Shown in pieces: positions 26,201 through 39,318 of a stretch of DNA of 54,749 nucleotides (position 1 is the stretch's first letter; each line of letters starts with the position of its first letter). This DNA is from Nemertoderma westbladi (taxonomy: Eukaryota > Animalia > Xenacoelomorpha), in the NCBI GenBank assembly GCA_032718475.1, contig JAUCBJ010003640.1, forward strand, positions 1 to 54,749, written 5' to 3'. The notes below the pieces were generated by a model. The model saw only the letters and a list, made by a program, of their open reading frames with translations, was not told the DNA's origin and did no database searches. The position numbers and the translations under genes were made by a program.

Positions 26201-29200
26201 CAGTGATGTGACTGAGAGAGTATCTGTCCCAGTGATGTGACTGGGGGAGTATCTGTCCCAGTGCTGTGACTGAGAGTATCTGTCTCAGTGATGTGACAGG
26301 GGGAGTATATGTACCAGTGATGTGACTGAGAGAGTATCTGTCCTAGTGATGTGACTGGGGGAGTATATGTCCCAGTGATGTGACTGAGAGAGTATCTGTC
26401 CAAGTGATGTGACTGGGGGAGTATCTGTCCCAGTGCTGTGACTGAGAGTATCTGTCTCAGTGATGTGACAGGGGGGAGTATATGTACCAGTGATGTGACT
26501 GAGAGAGTATCTGTCCCAGTGATGTGACTGGGGGAGTATATGTCCCAGTGATGTGACTGGGGGAGTATCTGTCCCAGTGCTGTGACTGAGAGTATCTGTC
26601 TCAGTGATGTGACAGGGGGAGTATATGTACCAGTGATGTGACTGAGAGAGTATCTGTCCCAGTGATGTGACTGGGGGAGTATCTGTCCCAGTGATGTGAC
26701 TGGGGGAGTATATGTACCAGTGATGTGACTGAGAGAGTATCTGTCCCAGTGATGTGACTGAGAGAGTATCTGTCCAAGTGATGTGACTGGGGGAGTATCT
26801 GTCCCAGTGCTGTGACTGAGAGTATCTGTCTCAGTGATGTGACAGGGGGAGTATATGTACCAGTGATGTGACTGAGAGAGTATCTGTCCCAGTGATGTGA
26901 CTGGGGGAGTATATGTCCCAGTGATGTGACTGGGGGAGTATATGTACCAGTGATGTGACTGAGAGAGTATCTGTCCCAGTGATGTGACTGAGAGAGTATC
27001 TGTCCAAGTGATGTGACTGGGGGAGTATCTGTCCCAGTGCTGTGACTGAGAGTATCTGTCTCAGTGATGTGACAGGGGGAGTATATGTACCAGTGATGTG
27101 ACTGAGAGAGTATCTGTCCCAGTGATGTGACTGGGGGAGTATATGTCCCAGTGATGTGACAGGGGGAGTATATGTACCAGTGATGTGACTGAGAGAGTAT
27201 CTGTCCCAGTGATGTAACTGAGAGAGTATCTGTCCCAGTGATGTGACTGGGGGAGTATATATACCAGTGATGTGACTGAGAGAGTATCTGTCCCAGTGAT
27301 GTAACTGAGAGAGTATCTGTCCCAGTGATGTGACTGGGGGAGTATCTGCCCCAGTGAAGTGACTGAGAGAGTATCTGTCCCAGTGATGTGACTGGGGGAG
27401 TATATGTACCAGTGCTGTGACTGAGAGTATTTGTCCCAGTGATGTGACTGGGGGAGTATATGTACCAGTGATGTGACTGGGGGAGTATCTGTCCCAGTGA
27501 TGTGACTGAGAGAGTATCTGTCCCAGTGATGTGACTGGAGGAGTATCTGTCCCAGTGCTGTGACTGAGAGTATCTGTCCCAGTGATGTGACTGGGGGAGT
27601 ATATGTACCAGTGATGTGACTGGGGGAGTATCTGTCCCAGTGATGTGACTGGGGGAGTATATGTACCAGTGATGTGACTGAGAGAGTATCTGTCCCAGTG
27701 ATGTAACTGAGAGAGTATCTGTCCCAGTGATGTGACTGGGGGAGTATCTGTCCCAGTGATGTGACTGAGAGAGTATCTGTCCCAGTGATGTGACAGGGGG
27801 AGTATATGTACCAGTGATGTGACTGAGAGAGTATCTGTCCCAATGATGTAACTGAGAGAGTATCTGTCCCAGTGATGTGACTGGGGGAGTATCTGTCCCA
27901 GTGATGTGACTGGGGGAGTATATGTACCAGTGATGTGACTGAGAGAGTAGCTGTCCCAGTGATGTAACTGAGAGTATTTGCCCCAGTGATGTGACTGAGA
28001 GTATCTGTCTCAGTGATGTGACAGGGGGAGTATATGTACCAGTGATGTGACTGAGAGAGTATCTGTCCCAGTGATGTGACTGAGAGAGTATCTGTCCCTG
28101 TGATGTGACTGAGAGAGTATCTGTCCCAGTGATGTGACTGGGGGAGTATCTGTCCCAGTGATGTGACTGAGAGAGTATCTGTCCCAGTGATGTGACTGAG
28201 AGAGTATCTGTCCCAGTGATGTGACTGAGAGAGTATCTGTCCCAGTGATGTGACTGAGAGAGTATCTGTCCCTGTGATGTGACTGAGAGAGTATCTGTCC
28301 CAGTGATGTGACTGGGGGAGTATATGTACCAGTGATGTGACTGAGAGAGTATCTGTCCCAGTGATGTAACTGAGAGTATTTGCCCCAGTGATGTGACTGA
28401 GAGTATCTGTCTCAGTGATGTGACAGGCGGAGTATATGTACCAGTGATGTGACTGAGAGAGTATCTGTCCCAGTGATGTGACTGAGAGAGTATCTGTCCC
28501 AGTGATGTGACTGAGAGAGTATCTGTCCCTGTGATGTGACTGAGAGAGTATCTGTCCCAGTGATGTGACTGGGGGAGTATATGTACCAGTGATGTGACTG
28601 AGAGAGTATCTGTCCCAGTGATGTAACTGAGAGTATTTGCCCCAGTGATGTGACTGAGAGTATCTGTCTCAGTGATGTGACAGGGGGAGTATATGTACCA
28701 GTGATGTAACTGGGGGAGTATCTGTCCCAGTGATGTGACTGGGGGAGTATCTGCCCCAGTGAAGTGACTGAGAGAGTATCTGTCCCAGAGATGTGACTGG
28801 GGGAGTATATGTACCAGTGATGTGACTGGGGGAGTATCTGTCCCAGTGATGTGACTGAGAGAGTATCTGTCCCAGTGATGTGACTGGAGGAGTATCTGTC
28901 CCAGTGCTGTGACTGAGAGTATCTGTCCCAGTGATGTGACTGGGGGAGTATATGTACCAGTGATGTGACTGAAAGAGTATCTGTCCCAGTGATGTGACTG
29001 AGAGAGTATCTGTCCCAGTGATGTAACTGAGAGAGTATCTGTCCCAGTGATGTGACTGGAGGAGTATCTGTCCCAGTGCTGTGACTGAGAGAGTATCTGT
29101 CCCAGTGATGTAACTGAGAGAGTATCTGTCCCAGTGATGTGACTGGAGGAGTATCTGTCCCAGTGCTGTGACTGAGAGTATCTGTCCCAGCGATGTGACT

Positions 29201-32200
29201 GAAGAGTATCTGTCCCAGTGATGTAACTGGGGGAGTATCTGTCCCAGTGATGTGACTGAGAGAGTATCTGTCCCAGTGATGTAACTGAGAGAGTATCTGT
29301 CCCAGTGATGTGACTGAGAGAGTATCTGTCCCAGTGATGTGACTGAGAGAGTATCTGTCCCAGTGCTGTGACTGAGAGTATCTGTCCCAGTGATGTGACT
29401 GGGGGAGTATCTGTCCCAGTGATGTGAATGAAGAGTATCTGTCCCAGTGATGTAACTGGGGGAGTATCTGTCCCAGTGATGTGACTGAGAGAGTATCTGT
29501 CCCAGTGATGTAACTGAGAGAGTATCTGTCCAAGTGATGTGACTGGGGGAGTATCTGTCCCAGTGCTGTGACTGAGAGTATCTGTCTCAGTGATGTGACA
29601 GGGGGGAGTATATGTACCAGTGATGTGACTGAGAGAGTATCTGTCCCAGTGATGTGACTGAGAGAGTATCTGTCCCAGTGATGTAACTGAGAGAGTATTT
29701 CTCCCAGTGATGTGACTGGGGGAGTATATGTACCAGTGATGTGACTGGGGGAGTATCTGTCCCAGTGATGTGACTGAGAGAGTATCTGTCCCAGTGATGT
29801 GACTGGAGGAGTATCTGTCCCAGTGCTGTGACTGAGAGTATCTGTCCCAGTGATGTGACTGGGGGAGTATATGTACCAGTGATGTGACTGAGAGAGTATC
29901 TGTCCCAGTGATGTAACTGAGAGAGTATCTGTCCCAGTGATGTGACTGAGAGAGTATCTGTCCCAGTGATGTAACTGAGAGAGTATCTGCCCCAGTGATG
30001 TGACTGAGAGAGTATCTGTCCCAGTGATGTGACTGAGAGAGTATCTGTCCCAGTGATGTAACAGAGAGAGTATCTGTCCCAGTGATGTGACTGGGGGAGT
30101 ATCTGTCCCAGTGATGTGACTGAGAGAGTATCTGTCCCAGTGATGTGACTGGGGGAGTATCTGTCCCAGTGCTGTGACTGAGAGTATCTGTCTCAGTGAT
30201 GTGACAGGGGGAGTATATGTACCAGTGATGTGACTGAGAGAGTATCTGTCCCAGTGATGTGACTGGGGGAGTATATGTCCCAGTGATGTGACTGAGAGAG
30301 TATCTGTCCAAGTGATGTGACTGGGGGAGTATCTGTCCCAGTGCTGTGACTGAGAGTATCTGTCTCAGTGATGTGACAGGGGGGAGTATATGTACCAGTG
30401 ATGTGACTGAGAGAGTATCTGTCCCAGTGATGTGACTGGGGGAGTATATGTCCCAGTGATGTGACTGGGGGAGTATCTGTCCCAGTGCTGTGACTGAGAG
30501 TATCTGTCTCAGTGATGTGACAGGGGGAGTATATGTACCAGTGATGTGACTGAGAGAGTATCTGTCCCAGTGATGTGACTGGGGGAGTATCTGTCCCAGT
30601 GATGTGACTGGGGGAGTATATGTACCAGTGATGTGACTGAGAGAGTATCTGTCCCAGTGATGTGACTGAGAGAGTATCTGTCCAAGTGATGTGACTGGGG
30701 GAGTATCTGTCCCAGTGCTGTGACTGAGAGTATCTGTCTCAGTGATGTGACAGGGGGAGTATATGTACCAGTGATGTGACTGAGAGAGTATCTGTCCCAG
30801 TGATGTGACTGGGGGAGTATATGTCCCAGTGATGTGACTGGGGGAGTATATGTACCAGTGATGTGACTGAGAGAGTATCTGTCCCAGTGATGTCACTGAG
30901 AGAGTATCTGTCCAAGTGATGTGACTGGGGGAGTATCTGTCCCAGTGCTGTGACTGAGAGTATCTGTCTCAGTGATGTGACAGGGGGAGTATATGTACCA
31001 GTGATGTGACTGAGAGAGTATCTGTCCCAGTGATGTGACTGGGGGAGTATATGTCCCAGTGATGTGACAGGGGGAGTATATGTACCAGTGATGTGACTGA
31101 GAGAGTATCTGCCCCAGTGATGTGACTGAGAGAGTATCTGTCCCAGTGATGTGGCTGGAGGAGTATCTGTCCCAGTGCTGTGACTGAGAGTATCTGTCCC
31201 AGTGATGTGACTGGGGGAGTATATGTACCAGTGATGTGACTGAGAGAGTATCTGTCTCAGTGATGTAACTGAGAGAGTATCTGTCCCAGTGATGTGGCTG
31301 GAGGAGTATCTGTCCCAGTGCTGTGACTGAGAGTATCTGTCCCAGTGATGTGACTGGGGGAGTGTATGTACCAGTGATGTGACTGAGAGAGTATCTGTCC
31401 CAGTGATGTGACTGAGAGTATCTGTCCCAGTGATGTGACTGGGGGAGTGTATGTACCAGTGATGTGACTGAGAGAGTATCTGTCCCAGTGATGTGACTGG
31501 AGGAGTATCTGTCCCAGTGCTGTGACTGAGAGTATCTGTCCCAGTGATGTGACTGGGGGAGTATATGTACCAGTGATGTGACTGAGAGAGTATCTGTCCC
31601 AGTGATGTAACTGAGAGAGTATCTGTCCCGTGATGTGACTGGGGGAGTATCTGTCCCAGTGATGTGACTTAGAGAGTATCTGTCCCAGTGATGTGACTGG
31701 GGGAGTATATGTACCAGTGATGTGACTGAGAGAGTATCTGTCTCAGAGATGTAACTGAGAGAGTATCTGTCCCAGTGATGTGGCTGGAGGAGTATCTGTC
31801 CCAGTGCTGTGACTGAGAGTATCTGTCCCAGTGATGTGACTGGGGGAGTGTATGTACCAGTGATGTGACTGAGAGAGTATCTGTCCCAGTGATGTGACTG
31901 GAGGAGTATCTGTCCCAGTGCTGTGACTGAGAGTATCTGTCCCAGTGATGTGACTGGGGGAGTATATGTACCAGTGATGTGACTGAGAGAGTATCTGTCC
32001 CAGTGATGTAACTGAGAGAGTATCTGTCCCAGTGATGTGACTTAGAGAGTATCTGTCCCAGTGATGTGACTGGAGGAGTATCTGTCCCAGTGTTGTGACT
32101 GAGAGTATCTGTCCCAGTGATGTGACTGGGGGAGTATATGTACCAGTGATGTGACTGGGGGAGTATCTGTCCCAGTGATGTGACTGAGAGAGTATCTGTC

Positions 32201-35200
32201 CCAGTGATGTGACTGGAGGAGTATCTGTCCCAGTGCTGTGACTGAGAGTATCTGTCCCAGTGATGTGACTGGGGGAGTATATGTACCAGTGATGTGACTG
32301 AGAGAGTATCTGTCTCAGTGATGTAACTGAGAGAGTATCTGTCCCAGTGATGTGACTGAGAGAGTATCTGTCCCAGTGCTGTGACTGAAGAGTATCTGTC
32401 CCAGTGATGTCACTGAGAGAGTATCTGTCCAAGTGATGTGACTGAGAGAGTATCTGTCCCAGTGATGTGACTGAGAGAGATTCTGTCCCAGTGATGTGAC
32501 TGAGAGAGTATCTGTCCCAGTGATGTGACTGAGAGAGTATCTGTCCCAGTGATGTGACTGAGAGAGTATCTGTCCCAGTGATGTGACTGAGAGAGTATCT
32601 GTCCCAGTGATGTGACTGAGAGAGTATCTGTCCCAGTACTGTGACTGAAGAGTATCTGTCCCAGTGATGTCACTGAGAGAGTATCTGTCCCAGTGATGTC
32701 ACTGAGAGAGTATCTGTCCAAGTGATGTGACTGAGAGAGTATCTGTCCCAGTGATGTGACTGAGAGAGTATCTGTCCCAGTGATGTGACTGAGAGAGATT
32801 CTGTCCCAGTGATGTGACTGAGAGAGTATCTGTCCCAGTGATGTGACTGAGAGAGTATCTGTCCCAGTGATGTCACTGAGAGAGTATCTGTCCCAATGAT
32901 GTAACTGGGGGAGTATCTGTCCCAGTGATGTGACTGGGGGAGTATCTGTCCCAGTGATGTGACTGAGAGAGTATCTGTCCCAGTGATGTGACTGAGAGAG
33001 TATCTGTACCAGTGCAGTGACTGAAGAGTATCTGTCCCAGTGATGTGACTGAGAGAGTATCTGTCCCAGTGATCTGACTGAGAGAGTATCTGTACCAGTG
33101 CAGTGACTGAAGAGTATCTGTCCCAGTGATGTGACTGAGAGAGTATCTGTCCCAGTGATGTGACTGAGAGAGTATCTGTACCAGTGCAGTGACTGAAGAG
33201 TATCTGTCCCAGTGATGTGACTGATAGAGTATCTGTCCCAGTGCTGTGACTGAAGAGTATCTGTCCCAGTGATGTAACTGAGAGAGAATCTGTCCCAGTG
33301 ATGTGACTGGGGGAGTATCTGTCCCAGTGATGTGACTGGGGGAGTATATGTCCCAGTAATGTGACTGAGAGTATCTATCCCAGTGATGTGACTGGGGGAG
33401 TATATGTACCAGTGATGTGACTATGTAACTGAGAGAGTATCTGTCCCAGTGATGTGACTGGGAGAGTATCTGTCCCAGTGATGTGACTGGGGGAGTATAT
33501 GTACCAGTGATGTGACTGGGGGAGTATCTGTCCCAGTGATGTGACTGAGAGAGTATCTGTACCAGTGATGTGACTGAGAGAGTATCTGTACCAGTGATGT
33601 GACTGAGAGAGTATCTGTCCCAGTGATGTGACTGGGGGAGTATATGTACCAGTGATGTGACTGGGAGAGTATCTGTCCCAGTGATGTGACTGGGGGAGTA
33701 TATGTACCAGTGATGTGACTGGGGGAGTATCTGTCCCAGTGATGTGACTGAGAGAGTATCTGTACCAGTGATGTGACTGAGAGAGTATCTGTACCAGTGA
33801 TGTGACTGAGAGAGTATCTGTCCCAATGATGTAACTGAGAGAGTATCTGTCCCCCCAGTGATGTGACTGGGGGAGTATCTGTCCCAGTGATGTGACTGGG
33901 GGAGTATATGTACCAGTGATGTGACTGAGAGAATATCTGTCCCAGTGATGTAACTGAGAGAGTATCTGTCCCAGTGATGTGACTGGGGGAGTATCTGTCC
34001 CAGTGAAGTGACTGAGAGAGTATCTGTCCCAGTGATGTGACTGGGGGAGTATATGTACCAGTGATGTGACTGAGAGAGTATCTGTCTCAGTGATGTAACT
34101 GAGAGAGTATCTGTCCCAGTGATGTGACTGAGAGAGTATCTGTCCCAGTGCTGTGACTGAAGAGTATCTGTCCCAGTGATGTCACTGAGAGAGTATCTGT
34201 CCAAGTGATGTGACTGAGAGAGTATCTGTCCCAGTGATGTGACTGAGAGAGTATCTGTCCCAGTGCTGTGACTGAAGAGTATCTGTCCCAGTGATGTCAC
34301 TGAGAGAGTATCTGTCCAAGTGATGTGACTGATAGAGTATCTGTCCCAATGATGTGACTGAGAGAGTATCTGTCCAAGTGATGTGACTGAGAGAGTATCT
34401 GTCCCAGTGATGTGACTGAGAGAGTATCTGTCCCAGTGATGTGACTGAGAGAGTATCTGTCCCAGTGATGTGACTGAGAGAGTATCTGTCCCAGTGATGT
34501 GACTGAGAGAGTATCTGTCCCAGTGATGTGACTGAGAGAGTATCTGTCCCAGTACTGTGACTGAAGAGTATCTGTCCCAGTGATGTCACTGAGAGAGTAT
34601 CTGTCCCAGTGATGTGACTGGGGGAGTATCTGTCCCAGTGATGTGACAGGGGGAGTATATGTACCAGTGATGTGACTGAGAGAGTATCTGTCCCAGTGAT
34701 GTAACTGAGAGAGTATCTGTCCCAGTGATGTGACTGGGGGAGTATCTGTCCCAGTGATGTGACTGAGAGAGTATCTGTCCCAGTGATGTGACTGGAGGAG
34801 TATCTGTCCCAGTGCTGTGACTGGGAGTATCTGTCCCAGTGATGTGACTGGGGGAGTGTATGTACCAGTGATGTGACTGAGAGAGTATCTGTCCCAGTGA
34901 TGTGACTGGAGGAGTATCTGTCCCAGTGCTGTGACTGAGAGTATCTGTCCCAGTGATGTGACTGGGGGAGTATATGTACCAGTGATGTGACTGGGGGAGT
35001 ATATGTCCCAGTGATGTGACTGAGAGAGTATCTGTCCCAGTGATGTGACTGGCGGAGTATCTGTCCCAGTGCTGTGACTGAGAGTATCTGTCCCAGTGAT
35101 GTGACTGGGGGAGTATATGTACCAGTGATGTGACTGAGAGAGTATCTGTCCCAGTGATGTAACTGAGAGAGTATCTGTCCCAGTGATATGACTGAGAGAG

Positions 35201-38200
35201 TATCTGTCCCAGTGCTGTGACTGGAGAGTATCTGTCCCAGTGATGTCACTGAGAGAGTATCTGTCCAAGTGATGTGACTGAGAGAGTATCTGTCCCAGTG
35301 ATGTGACTGAGAGAGTATCTGTCCCAGTGATGTGACTGAGAGAGTATCTGTCCCAGTGATGTGACTGAGAGAGTATCTGTCCCAGTGATGTCACTGAGAG
35401 AGTATCTGTCCAAGTGATGTGACTGAGAGAGTATCTGTCCCAGTGATGTCACTGAGAGAGTATCTGTCCCAGTGATGTCACTGAGAGAGTATCTGCCCCA
35501 GTGATGTGACTGAGAGAGTATCTGTCCCAGTGATGTCACTGAGAGAGTATCTGTCCAAGTGATGTGACTGAGAGAGTATCTGTCCCAGTGATGTCACTGA
35601 GAGAGTATCTGTCCCAGTGATGTGACTGATAGAGTATCTGTCCCAATGATGTGACTGAGAGAGTATCTGTCCAAGTGATGTGACTGAGAGAGTATCTGTC
35701 CCAGTGATGTGACTGAGAGAGTATCTGTCCCAGTGATGTGACTGAGAGAGTATCTGTCCCAGTGATGTGACTGAGAGAGTATCTGTCCAAGTGATGTGAC
35801 TGAGAGAGTATCTGTCCCAGTGCTGTGACTGAAGAGTATCTGTCCCAGTGATGTCACTGAGAGAGTATCTGTCCCAGTGATGTGACTGAGAGAGTATCTG
35901 TCCCAGTGATGTCACTGAGAGAGTATCTGTCCAAGTGATGTGACTGAGAGAGTATCTGTCCCAGTGATGTCACTGAGAGAGTATCTGTCCCAGTGATGTG
36001 ACTGATAGAGTATCTGTCCCAATGATGTGACTGAGAGAGTATCTGTCCAAGTGATGTGACTGAGAGAGTATCTGTCCCAGTGATGTGACTGAGAGAGTAT
36101 CTGTCCCAGTGATGTGACTGAGAGAGTATCTGTCCCAGTGATGTGACTGAGAGAGTATCTGTCCAAGTGATGTGACTGAGAGAGTATCTGTCCCAGTGCT
36201 GTGACTGGGAGTATCTGTCCCAGTGATGTGACTGGGGGAGTGTATGTACCAGTGATGTGACTGAGAGAGTATCTGTCCCAGTGATGTGACTGGAGGAGTA
36301 TCTGTCCCAGTGCTGTGACTGAGAGTATCTGTCCCAGTGATGTGACTGGGGGAGTATATGTACCAGTGATGTGACTGGGGGAGTATATGTCCCAGTGATG
36401 TGACTGAGAGAGTATCTGTCCCAGTGATGTGACTGGCGGAGTATCTGTCCCAGTGCTGTGACTGAGAGTATCTGTCCCAGTGATGTGACTGGGGGAGTAT
36501 ATGTACCAGTGATGTGACTGAGAGAGTATCTGTCCCAGTGATGTAACTGAGAGAGTATCTGTCCCAGTGATATGACTGAGAGAGTATCTGTCCCAGTGCT
36601 GTGACTGGAGAGTATCTGTCCCAGTGATGTCACTGAGAGAGTATCTGTCCAAGTGATGTGACTGGGGGAGTATATGTACCAGTGATGTGACTGGGGGAGT
36701 ATATGTCCCAGTGATGTGACTGAGAGAGTATCTGTCCCAGTGATGTGACTGGCGGAGTATCTGTCCCAGTGCTGTGACTGGGAGTATCTGTCCCAGTGAT
36801 GTGACTGGGGGAGTGTATGTACCAGTGATGTGACTGAGAGAGTATCTGTCCCAGTGATGTGACTGGAGGAGTATCTGTCCCAGTGCTGTGACTGAGAGTA
36901 TCTGTCCCAGTGATGTGACTGGGGGAGTATATGTACCAGTGATGTGACTGGGGGAGTATATGTCCCAGTGATGTGACTGAGAGAGTATCTGTCCCAGTGA
37001 TGTGACTGGCGGAGTATCTGTCCCAGTGCTGTGACTGAGAGTATCTGTCCCAGTGATGTGACTGGGGGAGTATATGTACCAGTGATGTGACTGAGAGAGT
37101 ATCTGTCCCAGTGATGTAACTGAGAGAGTATCTGTCCCAGTGATATGACTGAGAGAGTATCTGTCCCAGTGCTGTGACTGGAGAGTATCTGTCCCAGTGA
37201 TGTCACTGAGAGAGTATCTGTCCAAGTGATGTGACTGGGGGAGTATCTGTCCCAGTGATGTGACTGAGAGAGTATCTGTCCCAGTGCAGTGACTGAGAGA
37301 GTATCTGTCCCAGTGATGTGACTGAGAGAGTATCTGTCCCAGTGATGTGACTGAGAGAGTATCTGTCCCAGTGATGTCACTGAGAGAGTATCTGTCCCAG
37401 TGATGTGACTGAGACAGTATCTGACCCAGTGATGTGACTGAGAGAGTATCTGACCCAGTGATGTGACTGAGAGAGTATCTGTCCCAGTGCTGTGACTGGC
37501 GGAGTATCTGTCCCAGTGCTGTGACTGAGAGTATCTGTCCCAGTGATGTGACTGGGGGAGTATATGTACCAGTGATGTGACTGAGAGAGTATCTGTCCCA
37601 GTGATGTAACTGAGAGAGTATCTGTCCCAGTGATATGACTGAGAGAGTATCTGTCCCAGTGCTGTGACTGGAGAGTATCTGTCCCAGTGATGTCACTGAG
37701 AGAGTATCTGCCCCAGTGATGTGACTGGGGGAGTATATGTCCCAGTGATGTGACTGAGAGAGTATCTGTCCCAGTGATGTGACTGGCGGAGTATCTGTCC
37801 CAGTGCTGTGACTGAGAGTATCTGTCCCAGTGATGTGACTGGGGGAGTATATGTACCAGTGATGTGACTGAGAGAGTATCTGTCCCAGTGATGTAACTGA
37901 GAGAGTATCTGTCCCAGTGATATGACTGAGAGAGTATCTGTCCCAGTGCTGTGACTGGAGAGTATCTGTCCCAGTGATGTCACTGAGAGAGTATCTGCCC
38001 CAGTGATGTGACTGGGGGAGTATATGTCCCAGTGATGTGACTGAGAGAGTATCTGTCCCAGTGATGTGACTGGCGGAGTATCTGTCCCAGTGCTGTGACT
38101 GAGAGTATCTGTCCCAGTGATGTGACTGGGGGAGTATATGTACCAGTGATGTGACTGAGAGAGTATCTGTCCCAGTGATGTAACTGAGAGAGTATCTGTC

Positions 38201-39019
38201 CCAGTGATATGACTGAGAGAGTATCTGTCCCAGTGCTGTGACTGGAGAGTATCTGTCCCAGTGATGTCACTGAGAGAGTATCTGCCCCAGTGATGTGACT
38301 GAGAGAGTATCTGTCCCAGTGATGTCACTGAGAGAGTATCTGCCCAAGTGATGTGCCTGAGAGAGTATCTGTCCCAGTGATGTAACTGAGAGAGTATCTG
38401 TCCAAGTGATGTGACTGAGAGAGTATCTGTCCCAGTGATGTGACTGAGAGAGTATCTGTCCCAGTGATGTAACTGGGGGAGTATCTGTCCCAGTGATGTG
38501 ACTGGGGGAGTATCTGTCCCAATGATGTAACTGAGAGAGTATATGTCCCAGTGATGTGACTGGGGGAGTATATGTACCAGTGATGTGACTGAGAGAGTAT
38601 CTGTCCCAGTGATGTAACAGAGAGAGTATCTGTCCCAGTGATGTGACTGGGGGAGTATCTGTCCCAGTGATGTGACTGGGGGAATATCTGTCCCAGTGAT
38701 GTGACTGGGGGAGTATCTGTCCCAGTGATGTGACTGGGGGAATATCTGTCCCAGTGATGTGACTGAGAGAGTATCTGTTCCAGTTATGTGACTGAGAGTA
38801 TCTGTCCCAGTTATGTGACTGAGAGAGTATATGTACCAGTGATGTAACTGAGAGAGTATCTGTCCCAGTGCTGTGACTGAGAGTATCTGTCCCAGTGATG
38901 TGACTGAGAGAGTATCTGTTCCAGTTATGTGACTGAGAGTATCTGTCCCAGTGATGTGACTGAGAGAGTATCTGTCCCAGTGATGTGACTGAGAGAGTAT
39001 CTGTCCCAGTGATGTGACT
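8281..39019. repeat. 29-bp satellite array, ~30.7 kb, roughly 1050 monomers, with higher-order structure
   Basis: Consensus GTATCTGTCCCAGTGATGTGACTGAGAGA (29 bp), head-to-tail in one orientation with no foreign insertions seen. Common variants are ..GGGGGAGTATATGTACC.., 27/28-bp deletion forms, GTAACT, GTCACT and GCTGTG. Confidence 0.99.
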
Positions 39020-39318
39020 AGTGTGACAAAATAATTACTATTGCAATTTAAATGAAAAATTTGTTATATATTTTTTATTCACAATAAAAAAAATTGTAAG
39101 AAAATAGTATATATACAATATTATACATATACAGATATATAAGTCTATTAGACTAAGTATACACAATTGAATACTTTGAATAGTAAGTAAAGAAATCACA
39201 AAGTAAAAAGATTAAACGTAAATAAATTTTCTCACTAAATTAAATAATTACAATCTCAACGCATGTATTAGTAAAACATAGTTTTATTAGAAACCAGATT
39301 ATAGCGATATTATTGTGC

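Noticed and set aside
8225-38522. Dozens of long minus-strand ORFs (up to 1431 aa) with SHHWDRYSLSHITGTDTLSVTSLGQILSQ repeats
   Set aside because: They are translations of a stop-free 29-bp monomer. They overlap in all three frames, 1-2-bp indels are common, and there is no unique domain or signal peptide.
8281-39019. CRISPR array (29-bp repeat length)
   Set aside because: There are no unique spacers and no cas genes, the monomers are contiguous, and the context is eukaryotic with spliced genes.
8281-39019. Hammerhead ribozyme or C/D-box RNA motifs in the monomer (CTGAAGA variant; GTGATGT plus CTGA)
   Set aside because: There is no GAAA core or helices for a hammerhead. The C box is imperfect and directly adjacent to CTGA, with no guide region.
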